Shown: positions 15,167 to 24,336, numbered from the stretch's first letter. The stretch is 25,023 bases of DNA from Caldisericaceae bacterium (GCA_049967855.1 JBMFRX010000018.1:1-25023), one strand, 5' to 3'. Notes: a model not told the origin generated them from the letters alone. Made by a program: numbers and translations.

Positions 15167-16255
15167 GTGAAAGTTAAGGATTTGGTTTCGGTAATTGATT
15201 CGCTTGCGCCTTTCAGCACGCAGGAGAGTTACGACAACAGCGGTATCCAGTGCGGAGACGTTGACGCCACAGTCAACAAGATCTTGGTGAGCCTTGATGC
15301 CACTGCAAGCGTTGTGGACGAGGCTATTCAATCAGGCACTAACACCATTTTAACGCACCATCCGCCATTATTTTTCCCGATAAAACGCATCGTAAAGGGC
15401 GATAATGAAGCTTTGTTCAAAGCAATCGTGAGCGGCATAAACATAATTTCCGCGCACACCAACTTTGACCTTGCAACAAATGGTCTGAACGATTACTTCT
15501 GCAAACTAATCGGCATAGAAAAAATATCCCCAATCGTCAAAAGCAACGAGAAACTATACAAAATTGCAGTGTATGTTCCCAAAGGATACGAGGAGAAAGT
15601 CGCAACTGCTCTCTTTGAGAAAGGCGCAGGAAACACAGGCAACTACAGCGAAACTTCTTTTAGCATCGAAGGCACTGGAACATTCAAACCTCTTGAAGGC
15701 TCAGAGCCTTTTATTGGAACAGTCGGGAGAAGAGAGACGGTTCGCGAGACCAAAATCGAAACTATTGTGCGAGAACGCAACTTGAGAAAAGCATTGTCTG
15801 CAATTAAAGAAGTTCACCCTTACGAGGAGCCTGCAATCGATGTATATGAAATTAAAAGTGATGTCCCCGATGGGATTGGAGCCGTCGGAGAACTTCACGA
15901 GGCAATGTCAGTCATCGAGCTTGCAAACGCCGTAAAAACAAAAACGAATTCTTCTTATCTCCGCCTGATTGGCTTTCCTCAGGATAAAGTTAAGAGAGTT
16001 GCAGTGTGCACTGGTTCTGGCGGGTCACTAATCAAAAATGTGGAGAACCTTTCTGTAGACTTATTCTTAACAGGAGACCTCACCTATCATCAAGCGCTTG
16101 AACTGAAGGAACGCCTCATAAACACAATAGATATAGAACACTTTGACAGCGAGAAGTTCTTTGTTGATGCAATGACTGAGGCTCTTTCGGATAAAGTCGG
16201 TGGTATTCCAATCGTAAAGAGTTCCGCTATGAAATCCCCTTTTCAGATTGTTTGA
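15167..16255 (+). CDS. Nif3-like dinuclear metal centre protein (YqfO/YbgI type, with PII-like insert)
   Basis: Motifs AP...QESYDNSG, THHP..F, SAHTNFD, central YKIAVYVP...GAG..GNY...HPYEEPA insert, GSGG, TGD..YH, HFDSE. Confidence 0.95.
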   Translation: MKVKDLVSVIDSLAPFSTQESYDNSGIQCGDVDATVNKILVSLDATASVVDEAIQSGTNTILTHHPPLFFPIKRIVKGDNEALFKAIVSGINIISAHTNFDLATNGLNDYFCKLIGIEKISPIVKSNEKLYKIAVYVPKGYEEKVATALFEKGAGNTGNYSETSFSIEGTGTFKPLEGSEPFIGTVGRRETVRETKIETIVRERNLRKALSAIKEVHPYEEPAIDVYEIKSDVPDGIGAVGELHEAMSVIELANAVKTKTNSSYLRLIGFPQDKVKRVAVCTGSGGSLIKNVENLSVDLFLTGDLTYHQALELKERLINTIDIEHFDSEKFFVDAMTEALSDKVGGIPIVKSSAMKSPFQIV

Positions 16256-16386
16256 ACCGCTTTCGAGAGTTTATAGAGAGCGAGATATTCACTCAACAGA
16301 AGATTTTCTTGCATTCCAATGGGGGTGCGTTCATATATATTTAGCTACTCCTTTCAAAAAACGCCCCTTCATAATATAATGAAGAT

Positions 16387-17253
16387 GTGAACGAGAAAAT
16401 AAGTTTTGTAATTGTAACTGGTTTAAGCGGAGCAGGCAAGACTAAAACAGTTGGAGTTATGGAGGATTTGGGTTATTTTTGCATCGACAACCTTCCCCCC
16501 GAGCTTGTCTTCGATTTCATTAAAATTGCCGAGCGCACCGAAGGGATGCTTAACAAGATTTGTGCAGTCATCGATGTAAGGAGTGGCAATTTCCTTGATA
16601 CTTTGCCGCACATAATTGATAAGCTCAAGAAGGATGACCGCATAACGTTGAAAGTGATATTCCTTGAAGCGTCTACGGATTCCCTTGTGAGACGATTCTC
16701 TGAGACTCGCAGGCGCCACCCAATTGAGAACGGTTCAGAACTTTCTGCTAAAATAGATGAAGAAAAGAAACGCCTTGCCCACATAAAAGAACTTGCTGAC
16801 ATTGTAATTGACACGTCAGAGTTTGAGATTAAGGACCTGAAAATTAGCATTAGAAAAATACTCTCGTACCCTGAGAGCCTTTCAACCCAGATTTTTATCC
16901 TCACGTTTGGGTATAAATTCGGCATACCTGCTCAGGCAGACATCGTAATTGACGTGCGCTTCATTCCAAATCCATTTTATAAAGAGGAGCTCGGCGAAAA
17001 GAACGGACTGACGGAAGAAGTTCAGAAATACGTCTGTTCATTTGAAGAGACCAAAGAATTCCTTTCCAAGTTTGAGGATTTCCTGATGTTCCTCGTGCCT
17101 CTCTACATAAGAGAGGGCAAATCGTACCTCACGATAGCGCTCGGCTGCACAGGAGGAAAGCACCGTTCAGTTGCTATCGGGGAGATGCTAAGCCGCTTCC
17201 TAAAAGATAAAGGCTACCTCGTGTCAGTCGAACACAGGGACATACTAAGATGA
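16387..17253 (+). CDS. rapZ: RNase adapter RapZ / YvcJ P-loop NTPase
   Basis: Motifs TGLSGAGKT, GYFCIDNLPP, RRFSETRRRHP, FGYKFGIP, DVRFIPNP, GCTGGKHRSV. Confidence 0.96.
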   Translation: MNEKISFVIVTGLSGAGKTKTVGVMEDLGYFCIDNLPPELVFDFIKIAERTEGMLNKICAVIDVRSGNFLDTLPHIIDKLKKDDRITLKVIFLEASTDSLVRRFSETRRRHPIENGSELSAKIDEEKKRLAHIKELADIVIDTSEFEIKDLKISIRKILSYPESLSTQIFILTFGYKFGIPAQADIVIDVRFIPNPFYKEELGEKNGLTEEVQKYVCSFEETKEFLSKFEDFLMFLVPLYIREGKSYLTIALGCTGGKHRSVAIGEMLSRFLKDKGYLVSVEHRDILR

Positions 17254-18566
17254 GAACCATAGAAAAATCGAGAGTAAGGTGGATGTATCCAGGACTCAGA
17301 ATCAAGCGCTTTATTGTGCTTGCAGGGCTCGGCCTCATAATGCTGCTATACGGAGTTGGTTTGCTCTACTTTAACTTTGCAGACACTTCTACGGCTCAGA
17401 TAAAGAAGTTTTTCCTCATCGATGTCAATCTCCACATTCCAAACGAAAACATCTTTCTCCTTGCAGCGGCTGCCGTCATAATCATTATAGCGGCGGCTCT
17501 CATAACAACTGGCGTAAAGAGACTTGTCGTCTCTGTAGCCTCTTGCCTTGCTCCAGGCAAAAGCGAGCAAGAGATTATGGATGTTGTTTTCTCGAGGCGA
17601 AAAGAGAACCTGAAAAAGAAAATTGTCGTTATCGGCGGAGGCACTGGCACAACTTCAGTTCTTGAAGGATTGAGAGGCAAGTTTGTGAGAGTTGCGGCAG
17701 TGATAACCGTTGCTGACAGCGGCGGCAGCTCAGGCAGGATAAGGAGGGAACTTAAAATACCGCCCCCTGGCGATATACGCAACTGCCTTGTAGCATTGAC
17801 TGAAGAAAACTCGCTAACAGCAAAACTCCTTTCATACAGATTTCAGGAATCTGATTCATGCCTCGACGGCCACAACCTTGGCAACATTATAATATCAGGG
17901 CTCACGAGAATGACAGGCGACTTTGGAGACGCAGTGATAAGCCTTGCACACATTCTTGACATTGACGGCGAAGTGATGCCCTTTACGATAGAAGACGTAA
18001 CCCTGGCAGCTGAGTTTGAAGATGGCTCTGTGATAGAAGGGGAAGCCGACATCACAAACCACCACGGTAGGATTAAAAAAATGTCAATTAAGCCAGACGA
18101 CGCCAAGCCTTACATCAAAGCGCTTGAGAGGATATCAGAAGCAGATGTTCTTGTCTTTGGACCAGGAAGCCTTTTTACGAGCGTAATACCTCCACTCCTT
18201 TTCACCTCAATGGTTGACACCGTAAGGAGGAGCAGGGCTCAGAAGGTTTTTGTTGTAAATATTATGACTGAACCTGGCGAGACAGATGACTTCAAGGCAT
18301 CCGACCACATCAAGGCTTTTGAGAATATTGTAGGCAAGGGGGTGATTGATTACGCTATCGTAAACATAGGCGACGTGAGCAAACGCACGCTTAAGAAATA
18401 CGAGAGCGCAGGCTCTTATCCAGTCATTGCCGACCTTGATAACATCAGAAAAATGGGAGTTAAATGCGTCAAAGACAACCTTGTTCTTGAAAGGGGTGAT
18501 GTGATACGACACAACTCAGAGAGATTGGGAGAAGCAATTTTCAAGATAGCAAAGAAGAGAGTTTAA
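17250..18566 (+). CDS. yvcK: YvcK/GlmR gluconeogenesis factor (UDP-GlcNAc-binding, CofD-like) with N-terminal TM segments
   Basis: Motifs IGGGTG, ADSGGSSG, PPGDIRNCL, GHNLGN, GPGSLFTS, NIMTEPGET, IRH. Conserved rapZ-yvcK-whiA synteny. Confidence 0.95.
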   Translation: MRTIEKSRVRWMYPGLRIKRFIVLAGLGLIMLLYGVGLLYFNFADTSTAQIKKFFLIDVNLHIPNENIFLLAAAAVIIIIAAALITTGVKRLVVSVASCLAPGKSEQEIMDVVFSRRKENLKKKIVVIGGGTGTTSVLEGLRGKFVRVAAVITVADSGGSSGRIRRELKIPPPGDIRNCLVALTEENSLTAKLLSYRFQESDSCLDGHNLGNIIISGLTRMTGDFGDAVISLAHILDIDGEVMPFTIEDVTLAAEFEDGSVIEGEADITNHHGRIKKMSIKPDDAKPYIKALERISEADVLVFGPGSLFTSVIPPLLFTSMVDTVRRSRAQKVFVVNIMTEPGETDDFKASDHIKAFENIVGKGVIDYAIVNIGDVSKRTLKKYESAGSYPVIADLDNIRKMGVKCVKDNLVLERGDVIRHNSERLGEAIFKIAKKRV

Positions 18567-18697
18567 ATGTTTTCTGCAAGAGGGAGCTGTCCAAAGTCTA
18601 TGACTCTTTCAGATACGAGTTCCTCGGCTTTGCTTTTTCAAATGGCAAATACCTCAGGAGCTCAAACTATCAAAGTATTTCCTTCAGTTCAAAGGAA

Positions 18698-19399
18698 ATG
18701 TTTGTGGTGAGAAAAATTGTTGACCTTGCAAACAAGATTGGGCTTGAGAGAGAAAGCGACGTCCTTCTGAGGGAAAAGGGCCGCATAACCCTTGAATTGA
18801 GGGGTGTTGCGAGTGTCTTTGACCGAGACAAGATAACTAAGGCAGTCTTGAAGGCAAGCGTCAAGGAAAAGACAGCTTTCCTGAGAGGTATCTTTATGGG
18901 ATGCGGTATAGTCTCAACGCCTCCTTCTTACCACCTTGAATTCAGGTTTGAGGATGCAAAAGAGCTATCCTTCTGTGCCAATCTCCTTGCCCAGAGGCAC
19001 ATTCGATGCCACACAACTTACGGAAGAATATTTGTAAAAGGAAGAGAAAACCTGAAGAAGCTTCTTTTTGATATAGGGGCTAACGAATCATATCTGCTTC
19101 TTGAGGAAGATGCAGTAATGAAGGATGTTTCAAACAAGGCAAACAGGAAGGCAAACTTTGAATTTGCTAACATTGAAAGGCAAACCAATTCCTCAATAAA
19201 GCAACTTACCATAATAAATGAGCTAATCAAGACTGGTAAGATAGACGAATTGAGAGACGACTTGAGAGAAGTTGCCCTGCTCCGCAGCCAGTATCCACTC
19301 CTGCCTCTGAGCGGCCTTGCAAAGAAAGCAAACGGCAGGTACTCAAAACAGTCCATTTACTACAGGCTGAGAAAGATAGAAAATGCCTATTCAAAATAG
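18698..19399 (+). CDS. whiA: DNA-binding protein WhiA (coding region probably extends upstream to ~18560; see findings)
   Basis: LAGLIDADG-derived AFLRGIFMGCG...P.SYHLEF, NRKANFEFANI and C-terminal HTH. The in-frame upstream SLNVFCKRELSK matches the WhiA N-terminus. Synteny supports the call. Confidence 0.9.
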   Translation: MFVVRKIVDLANKIGLERESDVLLREKGRITLELRGVASVFDRDKITKAVLKASVKEKTAFLRGIFMGCGIVSTPPSYHLEFRFEDAKELSFCANLLAQRHIRCHTTYGRIFVKGRENLKKLLFDIGANESYLLLEEDAVMKDVSNKANRKANFEFANIERQTNSSIKQLTIINELIKTGKIDELRDDLREVALLRSQYPLLPLSGLAKKANGRYSKQSIYYRLRKIENAYSK

Positions 19400-20633
19400 A
19401 AACACGCAGAAACCTTCTCTGAAGCTTAAATTCGTTCCCTACCTTGCAATCAGGGGGGAAATTTTTTCTATGACAAACGCCGAACTTGATAACTATATAA
19501 GCGAACTGTTTGCTACAAATCCATTTGTTGAAGAGATATCCACGGCAAGTCCTGAGGCAGAATTCATAAACAACATCGAAGCAAATGACGAAGATATTTA
19601 CGAATTTCTCGAACACGAATTGAATATGTTTGAAATGAATGAAACTCAAAAGACCATCTCACTTTTCATAATAGAGAACCTCTCAAGCGACGGTTATTTT
19701 AAAATGCCAATAAGTGAAGCTTCAAAGAAGCTCGGCGTTAAAGAGGGTGAAGTTCTTGAAGCTCTGAAGCTCGTTCAGAACCTCGAGCCAGCAGGGATTG
19801 GGGCACGCAACCTACCTGAATGTTTTGTGCTCCAGCTTGAAAGAGAAGGGCCTGTAAGCCCAAAAGTGAAGCACATAATCGTGAGCCATCTTGATGAAAT
19901 TGTCAACGGCAAATTGAGCAAACTCTCAAAACACTACGGGATGAGCGTGGAATTTCTTAATGCTCTGAGAGAAAAACTTTCGAGGCTCAATCCCACACCA
20001 GGGCTTATGATGAGTGAAACAAAAGAGGTCTATCGAATCCCTGACATCGTAATAGAGCAAGACGAAGACACTTTTGTTGCAAGGCTCAATAAACAGAGAG
20101 ATTTCATCGTAAATGAGGAGTATATGAAAGCCATCAAGAAAATTGAAGACAAAATTTCAAAGGAACAGCTTGACTCACTTCTTGAAAAGGCAGTTCTTGC
20201 AGAGAGAGCCGTGAGAGAACGCGAAAAAATAATACTTGCCATAGGAGAAGAGATTGCCAAAAATAATGCAAGCTACTTTTCGTTCAAGAGTAAATTTCCC
20301 CAAAAGATTGCCCTCGATAGTTTCAAGACCACTCTTAGAACATCAGACAGCGCTATTTCAAGAATAGTGCAGAACAAATTCGTTAAAACTCCCTGCGGCA
20401 CTTTCCCTCTGAGGCTTTTCGTGAAACACAAGTCAATGGATTATAACGACGAGGACCTGAAGGTGCGCATAAGAGAGATTGTGGAGAAAGAGGACAAGTC
20501 AAAGCCTTTAAGCGACAGCGAAATCGAAACAATACTTCAGAAAAACGGCATCAACATAAAGAGGAGGACAGTTGCCAAATACAGAGCTTTACTCAAAATC
20601 CCAGCTGCTCATAAACGGCACTTTGAGAAATAA
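19383..20633 (+). CDS. rpoN: RNA polymerase sigma-54 factor
   Basis: RpoN box RRTVAKYR, EPAGIGARNL.EC..LQL, LNP.PG, PD, KPLSD. Located upstream of gap. Confidence 0.93.
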   Translation: MPIQNRNTQKPSLKLKFVPYLAIRGEIFSMTNAELDNYISELFATNPFVEEISTASPEAEFINNIEANDEDIYEFLEHELNMFEMNETQKTISLFIIENLSSDGYFKMPISEASKKLGVKEGEVLEALKLVQNLEPAGIGARNLPECFVLQLEREGPVSPKVKHIIVSHLDEIVNGKLSKLSKHYGMSVEFLNALREKLSRLNPTPGLMMSETKEVYRIPDIVIEQDEDTFVARLNKQRDFIVNEEYMKAIKKIEDKISKEQLDSLLEKAVLAERAVREREKIILAIGEEIAKNNASYFSFKSKFPQKIALDSFKTTLRTSDSAISRIVQNKFVKTPCGTFPLRLFVKHKSMDYNDEDLKVRIREIVEKEDKSKPLSDSEIETILQKNGINIKRRTVAKYRALLKIPAAHKRHFEK

Positions 20634-20650
20634 TTAATTTGTTATAAAAT
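20623..20650 (+). promoter_or_regulatory. Sigma-70-type promoter TTGAGA-N16-TAAAAT of gap
   Basis: -35 at 20623-20628 and -10 at 20645-20650, upstream of SD AGGAGG. Confidence 0.55.
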
Positions 20651-20683
20651 GTATAAATTAAAATTTATTAGGAGGTCATATTA

Positions 20684-21694
20684 ATGGCAAAAGTAGCAAT
20701 AAATGGGTTTGGCAGAGTTGGAAGACAGGTGTTTAAGAGATTATTCGACGAATTTCCAGAAATCGAAATCGTTGCAATAAACGACCTTTTCCCTGTTGAC
20801 CAGCTTGCCTTTCTTGCAGTTCACGACTCTAATTACGGCACATGGAACAAGGAAATAAAAATTGACGGAAGCTCAATGATAGTTGGCGGCAAAGTTGTAA
20901 AAGTTTTTGCTGAGAAGGACCCAACAAACCTTCCGTGGAAAGCGCTCGGAGTGGATATAGTAATCGAATCAAGCGGCGTCTTTACTGCAAAGGAAAAGGC
21001 AATGGCGCACATAACCGCAGGCGCAAAGAAGGTTATAATCACTGCACCAGCTACCAATGAAGACATCACAGTTGTTCTCGGAGTTAATGATAACTTGCTT
21101 GATATGGACAAGCACGTCGTTATCTCAAATGCATCTTGCACCACAAACAGCATTGCTCCAGTCATCAAGGTTATTAATGACAAAATAGGAATCGAAAAGG
21201 GATACCTTGCAACAGTTCATTCCTACACGCAGGACCAGAGACTTCTTGACGCCCCTCACAAAGACCAGAGGCGTGCACGCTCTGCTGCCACAAACATCAT
21301 TCCAACGACGACTGGAGCAGCAAAGGCAGTGGCACTGACTATCCCTGAACTCAAAGGCAAACTTGATGGTATGTCTCTCAGAGTCCCTACTCCGACAGTT
21401 TCCATCTCTGTATTTGAAGCCTACCTCAAGAGAAATACAACAGCCACAGAAGTCAACAGTTTCCTAAAAGAGGCATCGCTAACATATATGAAGGGCTTCC
21501 TTGGTTACACTGAAGAGCCTCTCGTTTCGTCAGACTTCAAAGGAACAACTTTCTCAGGCGTCGTGGATGCTCTTACCACCAAAGTTATCGACGGTAACTT
21601 CCTGAACGTTGTGAGCTGGTATGATAACGAGTGGGGCTATTCCTGCAGAGTTGCAGACCTTACCAAGCTTATCGTTGACAAAGCTGGATACTGA
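20684..21694 (+). CDS. gap: Type I glyceraldehyde-3-phosphate dehydrogenase (likely NAD-dependent)
   Basis: Motifs INGFGRVGR, AIND, ASCTTN, IIPTTTGAAKA, RVPT, WYDNEWGYS. Confidence 0.98.
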   Translation: MAKVAINGFGRVGRQVFKRLFDEFPEIEIVAINDLFPVDQLAFLAVHDSNYGTWNKEIKIDGSSMIVGGKVVKVFAEKDPTNLPWKALGVDIVIESSGVFTAKEKAMAHITAGAKKVIITAPATNEDITVVLGVNDNLLDMDKHVVISNASCTTNSIAPVIKVINDKIGIEKGYLATVHSYTQDQRLLDAPHKDQRRARSAATNIIPTTTGAAKAVALTIPELKGKLDGMSLRVPTPTVSISVFEAYLKRNTTATEVNSFLKEASLTYMKGFLGYTEEPLVSSDFKGTTFSGVVDALTTKVIDGNFLNVVSWYDNEWGYSCRVADLTKLIVDKAGY

Positions 21695-21731
21695 TAAATT
21701 TTGGGATAAAGAATGTTAGGAGAGCATCTAT

Positions 21732-22133
21732 TTGGTGACTTTCACTGACGATACTTCTCAAATCAAACCAGAAAACCTTGGGGGATTTTTTGCTGGCTGG
21801 AAGAATCCCCCTTCAAAAGAGAAACTTCTCGAACTACTCAAGAACAGTTTTTGCGTTGTGCTCGCCGTTGATGACAAGACAGGCAACGTAGTTGGGTCCA
21901 TAAATGCCCTATCAGACAAATTGCTGTTCGCTTGCATTCCCTTGCTCGAAGTTCTTCCAGACTGGCAGGGACGCGGTATCGGCTCCACACTTCTCAATCT
22001 GATGCTCGAAAAACTCAAAGCTTATTATGCTGTAGATTTGTGTTGCGAAAAAGAACTGGTTCCATTCTACGAACGCTTTGATTTCTCTTCCGTTGCTGGA
22101 TTGATAAAAAGGAACAGCGAGAACATAAAATAG
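21732..22133 (+). CDS. GNAT-family N-acetyltransferase
   Basis: Acetyl-CoA motif V.PDWQGRGIG and PFYERF. SD AGGAG. Confidence 0.9.
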   Translation: MVTFTDDTSQIKPENLGGFFAGWKNPPSKEKLLELLKNSFCVVLAVDDKTGNVVGSINALSDKLLFACIPLLEVLPDWQGRGIGSTLLNLMLEKLKAYYAVDLCCEKELVPFYERFDFSSVAGLIKRNSENIK

Positions 22134-22176
22134 CTACTCAGGAACAAAATAAAACATAGAGATTTAAGGAGGCGTA

Positions 22177-23367
22177 ATGAACAAACAAACAGTAAGAGAC
22201 GTCGATGTTAAAGGGAAAAGAGTTCTTGTAAGAGTTGACTTCAACGTTCCCATCACCGAGGACGGGCTTGTAAGAGATGATTACAGAATAAGAGCCGTAG
22301 TTCCCACCATCAATTATCTCGTAGAACACGGAGCAAAAGTTATCCTTATGACACATCTTGGCAGGCCAAAAGGCGCACCGAAGCCTGAATTCAAGTTGGA
22401 CCCTGTTGCTAAAGCTTTGTCAGGCATTCTTGGCAAGCCTGTGAAGAAACTTGATGATTGTATTGGTGAAGACGTGGAGAAACAGGTTCAAGCTATGCAG
22501 CCAGGCGATGTTATTCTGCTTGAGAACCTTCGTTTCCATCAGGGGGAAGAGGGCAACGACCCTGAATTTGCAAAAGCACTCGCAAGCCTTGGAGATATCT
22601 ACGTGGACGATGCATTTGCTACAGCGCACAGAGATGCAGCCTCAAACGTAGGAATCACTGATTACCTTCCTTCCGTTGCAGGGCTTCTGATGGACAAGGA
22701 AATCTCAAGCCTCTCAAAGCTTCTCGAATCTCCCGACCATCCTTTTACCGCAATACTCGGCGGGGCAAAAGTTTCCGACAAGATTGAACTTATAAAGAAC
22801 CTTATGCGCAAAATAGATACTCTTCTAATTGGCGGCGGAATGTGCTTTACCTTCCTTAAAGCGCAGGGATACAAAATAGGCTACTCTCTGTGCGAAGATG
22901 ACAAACTTGCCCTTGCATCAGAGATACTTAACCAGGCAAAGGAAGCTCACGTTAAAATCGTTTTGCCTGTTGATGTCGTTGTAGTCCCGCAGGTGAAGGA
23001 GGGAGCCCCAGCACATACAGTAGACGTTGAAGACTTCCCAGCCGAGGAAATAGGAGTTGACATTGGCCCCAAAACAATTAAGCTTTTTGAAACGGAACTT
23101 TCGAAATCCAAGACAGTTGCCTGGAACGGGCCGCTTGGAGTTTTTGAAATTGAACAGTTTGCGCAGGGAACTCTTGAAATAGCCAAATTCCTTGGCACGC
23201 TTGGCGACACAACAACAGTTGCAGGTGGCGGGGAAACCGTTGCAGCTTTCAGGCGATTCGGACTCGAAGACAGAATCAAACACATCTCAACAGGTGGCGG
23301 AGCTTTCCTTGAATTTCTCGAAGGAAAAGTGTTACCTGGTGTAGATGCACTGAACGATAAGAAGTAA
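22177..23367 (+). CDS. pgk: Phosphoglycerate kinase
   Basis: Motifs [50 protein letters not shown]. Confidence 0.98.
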   Translation: MNKQTVRDVDVKGKRVLVRVDFNVPITEDGLVRDDYRIRAVVPTINYLVEHGAKVILMTHLGRPKGAPKPEFKLDPVAKALSGILGKPVKKLDDCIGEDVEKQVQAMQPGDVILLENLRFHQGEEGNDPEFAKALASLGDIYVDDAFATAHRDAASNVGITDYLPSVAGLLMDKEISSLSKLLESPDHPFTAILGGAKVSDKIELIKNLMRKIDTLLIGGGMCFTFLKAQGYKIGYSLCEDDKLALASEILNQAKEAHVKIVLPVDVVVVPQVKEGAPAHTVDVEDFPAEEIGVDIGPKTIKLFETELSKSKTVAWNGPLGVFEIEQFAQGTLEIAKFLGTLGDTTTVAGGGETVAAFRRFGLEDRIKHISTGGGAFLEFLEGKVLPGVDALNDKK

Positions 23368-23392
23368 CGAATAAAAAAAGGAGGAGAATCTT

Positions 23393-24022
23393 ATGAAAAA
23401 AATTGTGTTGATTGGCATAGTCGCTTTACTGATGTTTGTTCTCGCTTCCGTCGCATATGCTTCCTCGGGAAATAAGAACATACTTGTCGCTTTCAGGAAC
23501 ATAAAGATAATTATCAATGGCGAGGCAAAAACCTCTTCACAGGAACCATTCATCTTCAACGGGTCAACATACGTGCCGCTGCGTTTTGTTTCCGAAAGCG
23601 TCGGTATGTCCGTGAACTGGGATGGTCCCACTAACACGATAGATATAGAGCCGTTGCCAAATACAGTGACGGTTAAGAGCGAGCCAGTCCCTGGAGCCGA
23701 AATTACCGTTGAGCAATACCCAGGACCCGTTGTTGTCGTTAAGACAAAAATGTGCCAAACAGACGCAAACGGCGACTTTTCAATCACTTTTTCAAAAGAC
23801 GAACTTTCGGCAATGCCAGACCAAATCGATCTCCTGCTCACAATCAAGGTTAAGGACTCAATGGGGTATTCTCTCGAAGACGGCGCATCAAATAAAATTG
23901 TTGTGAGAATTCTGAAGGCAAAAGGACCAGTTTACAAATTCACGCTTCTGTGGAGCCAGAATACGAGCCAGCTTAAATCAATTAAGGGCAGGTTTGCTTG
24001 TAACGGCAAAACACAAAGCTGA
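23393..24022 (+). CDS. Secreted protein with copper amine oxidase N-terminal (stalk) domain and a C-terminal beta-rich domain
   Basis: Signal peptide ending AYA. Motif EPFIFNGSTYVPLRFVSE..G..V.WDG....I.I. SD AGGAGG. Confidence 0.88.
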   Translation: MKKIVLIGIVALLMFVLASVAYASSGNKNILVAFRNIKIIINGEAKTSSQEPFIFNGSTYVPLRFVSESVGMSVNWDGPTNTIDIEPLPNTVTVKSEPVPGAEITVEQYPGPVVVVKTKMCQTDANGDFSITFSKDELSAMPDQIDLLLTIKVKDSMGYSLEDGASNKIVVRILKAKGPVYKFTLLWSQNTSQLKSIKGRFACNGKTQS

Positions 24023-24047
24023 TTTGAAAAAAAGTTTCTCAAAACTA

Positions 24048-24075
24048 TTGAAATTTAGATGAAATTCTGTATAAT
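24048..24075 (+). promoter_or_regulatory. Sigma-70-type promoter TTGAAA-N16-TATAAT of the secG-tRNA unit
   Basis: -35 at 24048-24053 and -10 at 24070-24075, followed by SD AAGGAG. Confidence 0.65.
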
Positions 24076-24095
24076 ACCTAAGGAGTGATGAAAAG

Positions 24096-24329
24096 ATGAC
24101 GGTAAAATCAGTAGTATTAATTGTTTTAGACTTGGTTTTTGCAGTTGGCGCGATTGTGTCAATTGTGTTTATGGAGCCAAAGGGTTCAGGACTTGGGGCT
24201 ATTTCCGGTGGAGCAACAGTTTTCCACAACAGGAGTCTCAAGGATGTTTTACTTGACCGTTTAGCGACCATATTCAGCATTGCCTTTTTGTTAACATCAA
24301 TATTTCTTGCAGTGTTTAAAGTGTTTTAA
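24096..24329 (+). CDS. secG: Preprotein translocase subunit SecG
   Basis: 77 aa with two TM helices separated by the KGSGLGAISGGA loop and L.RLAT. Followed by tRNA-Leu. Confidence 0.93.
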   Translation: MTVKSVVLIVLDLVFAVGAIVSIVFMEPKGSGLGAISGGATVFHNRSLKDVLLDRLATIFSIAFLLTSIFLAVFKVF

Positions 24330-24336
24330 CTCTGTT

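Noticed and set aside
16256..16350. Possible RNase P RNA or other ncRNA after the Nif3 gene
   Set aside because: The gap is too short and lacks the GAGGAAAGTCC signature. It contains only a weak hairpin.
5551..23906. Numerous short antisense or alternate-frame ORFs inside dgt, ppdK, glyS, nif3, rapZ, yvcK, whiA, rpoN, gap, pgk and others
   Set aside because: They are typical shadow ORFs of well-supported genes.
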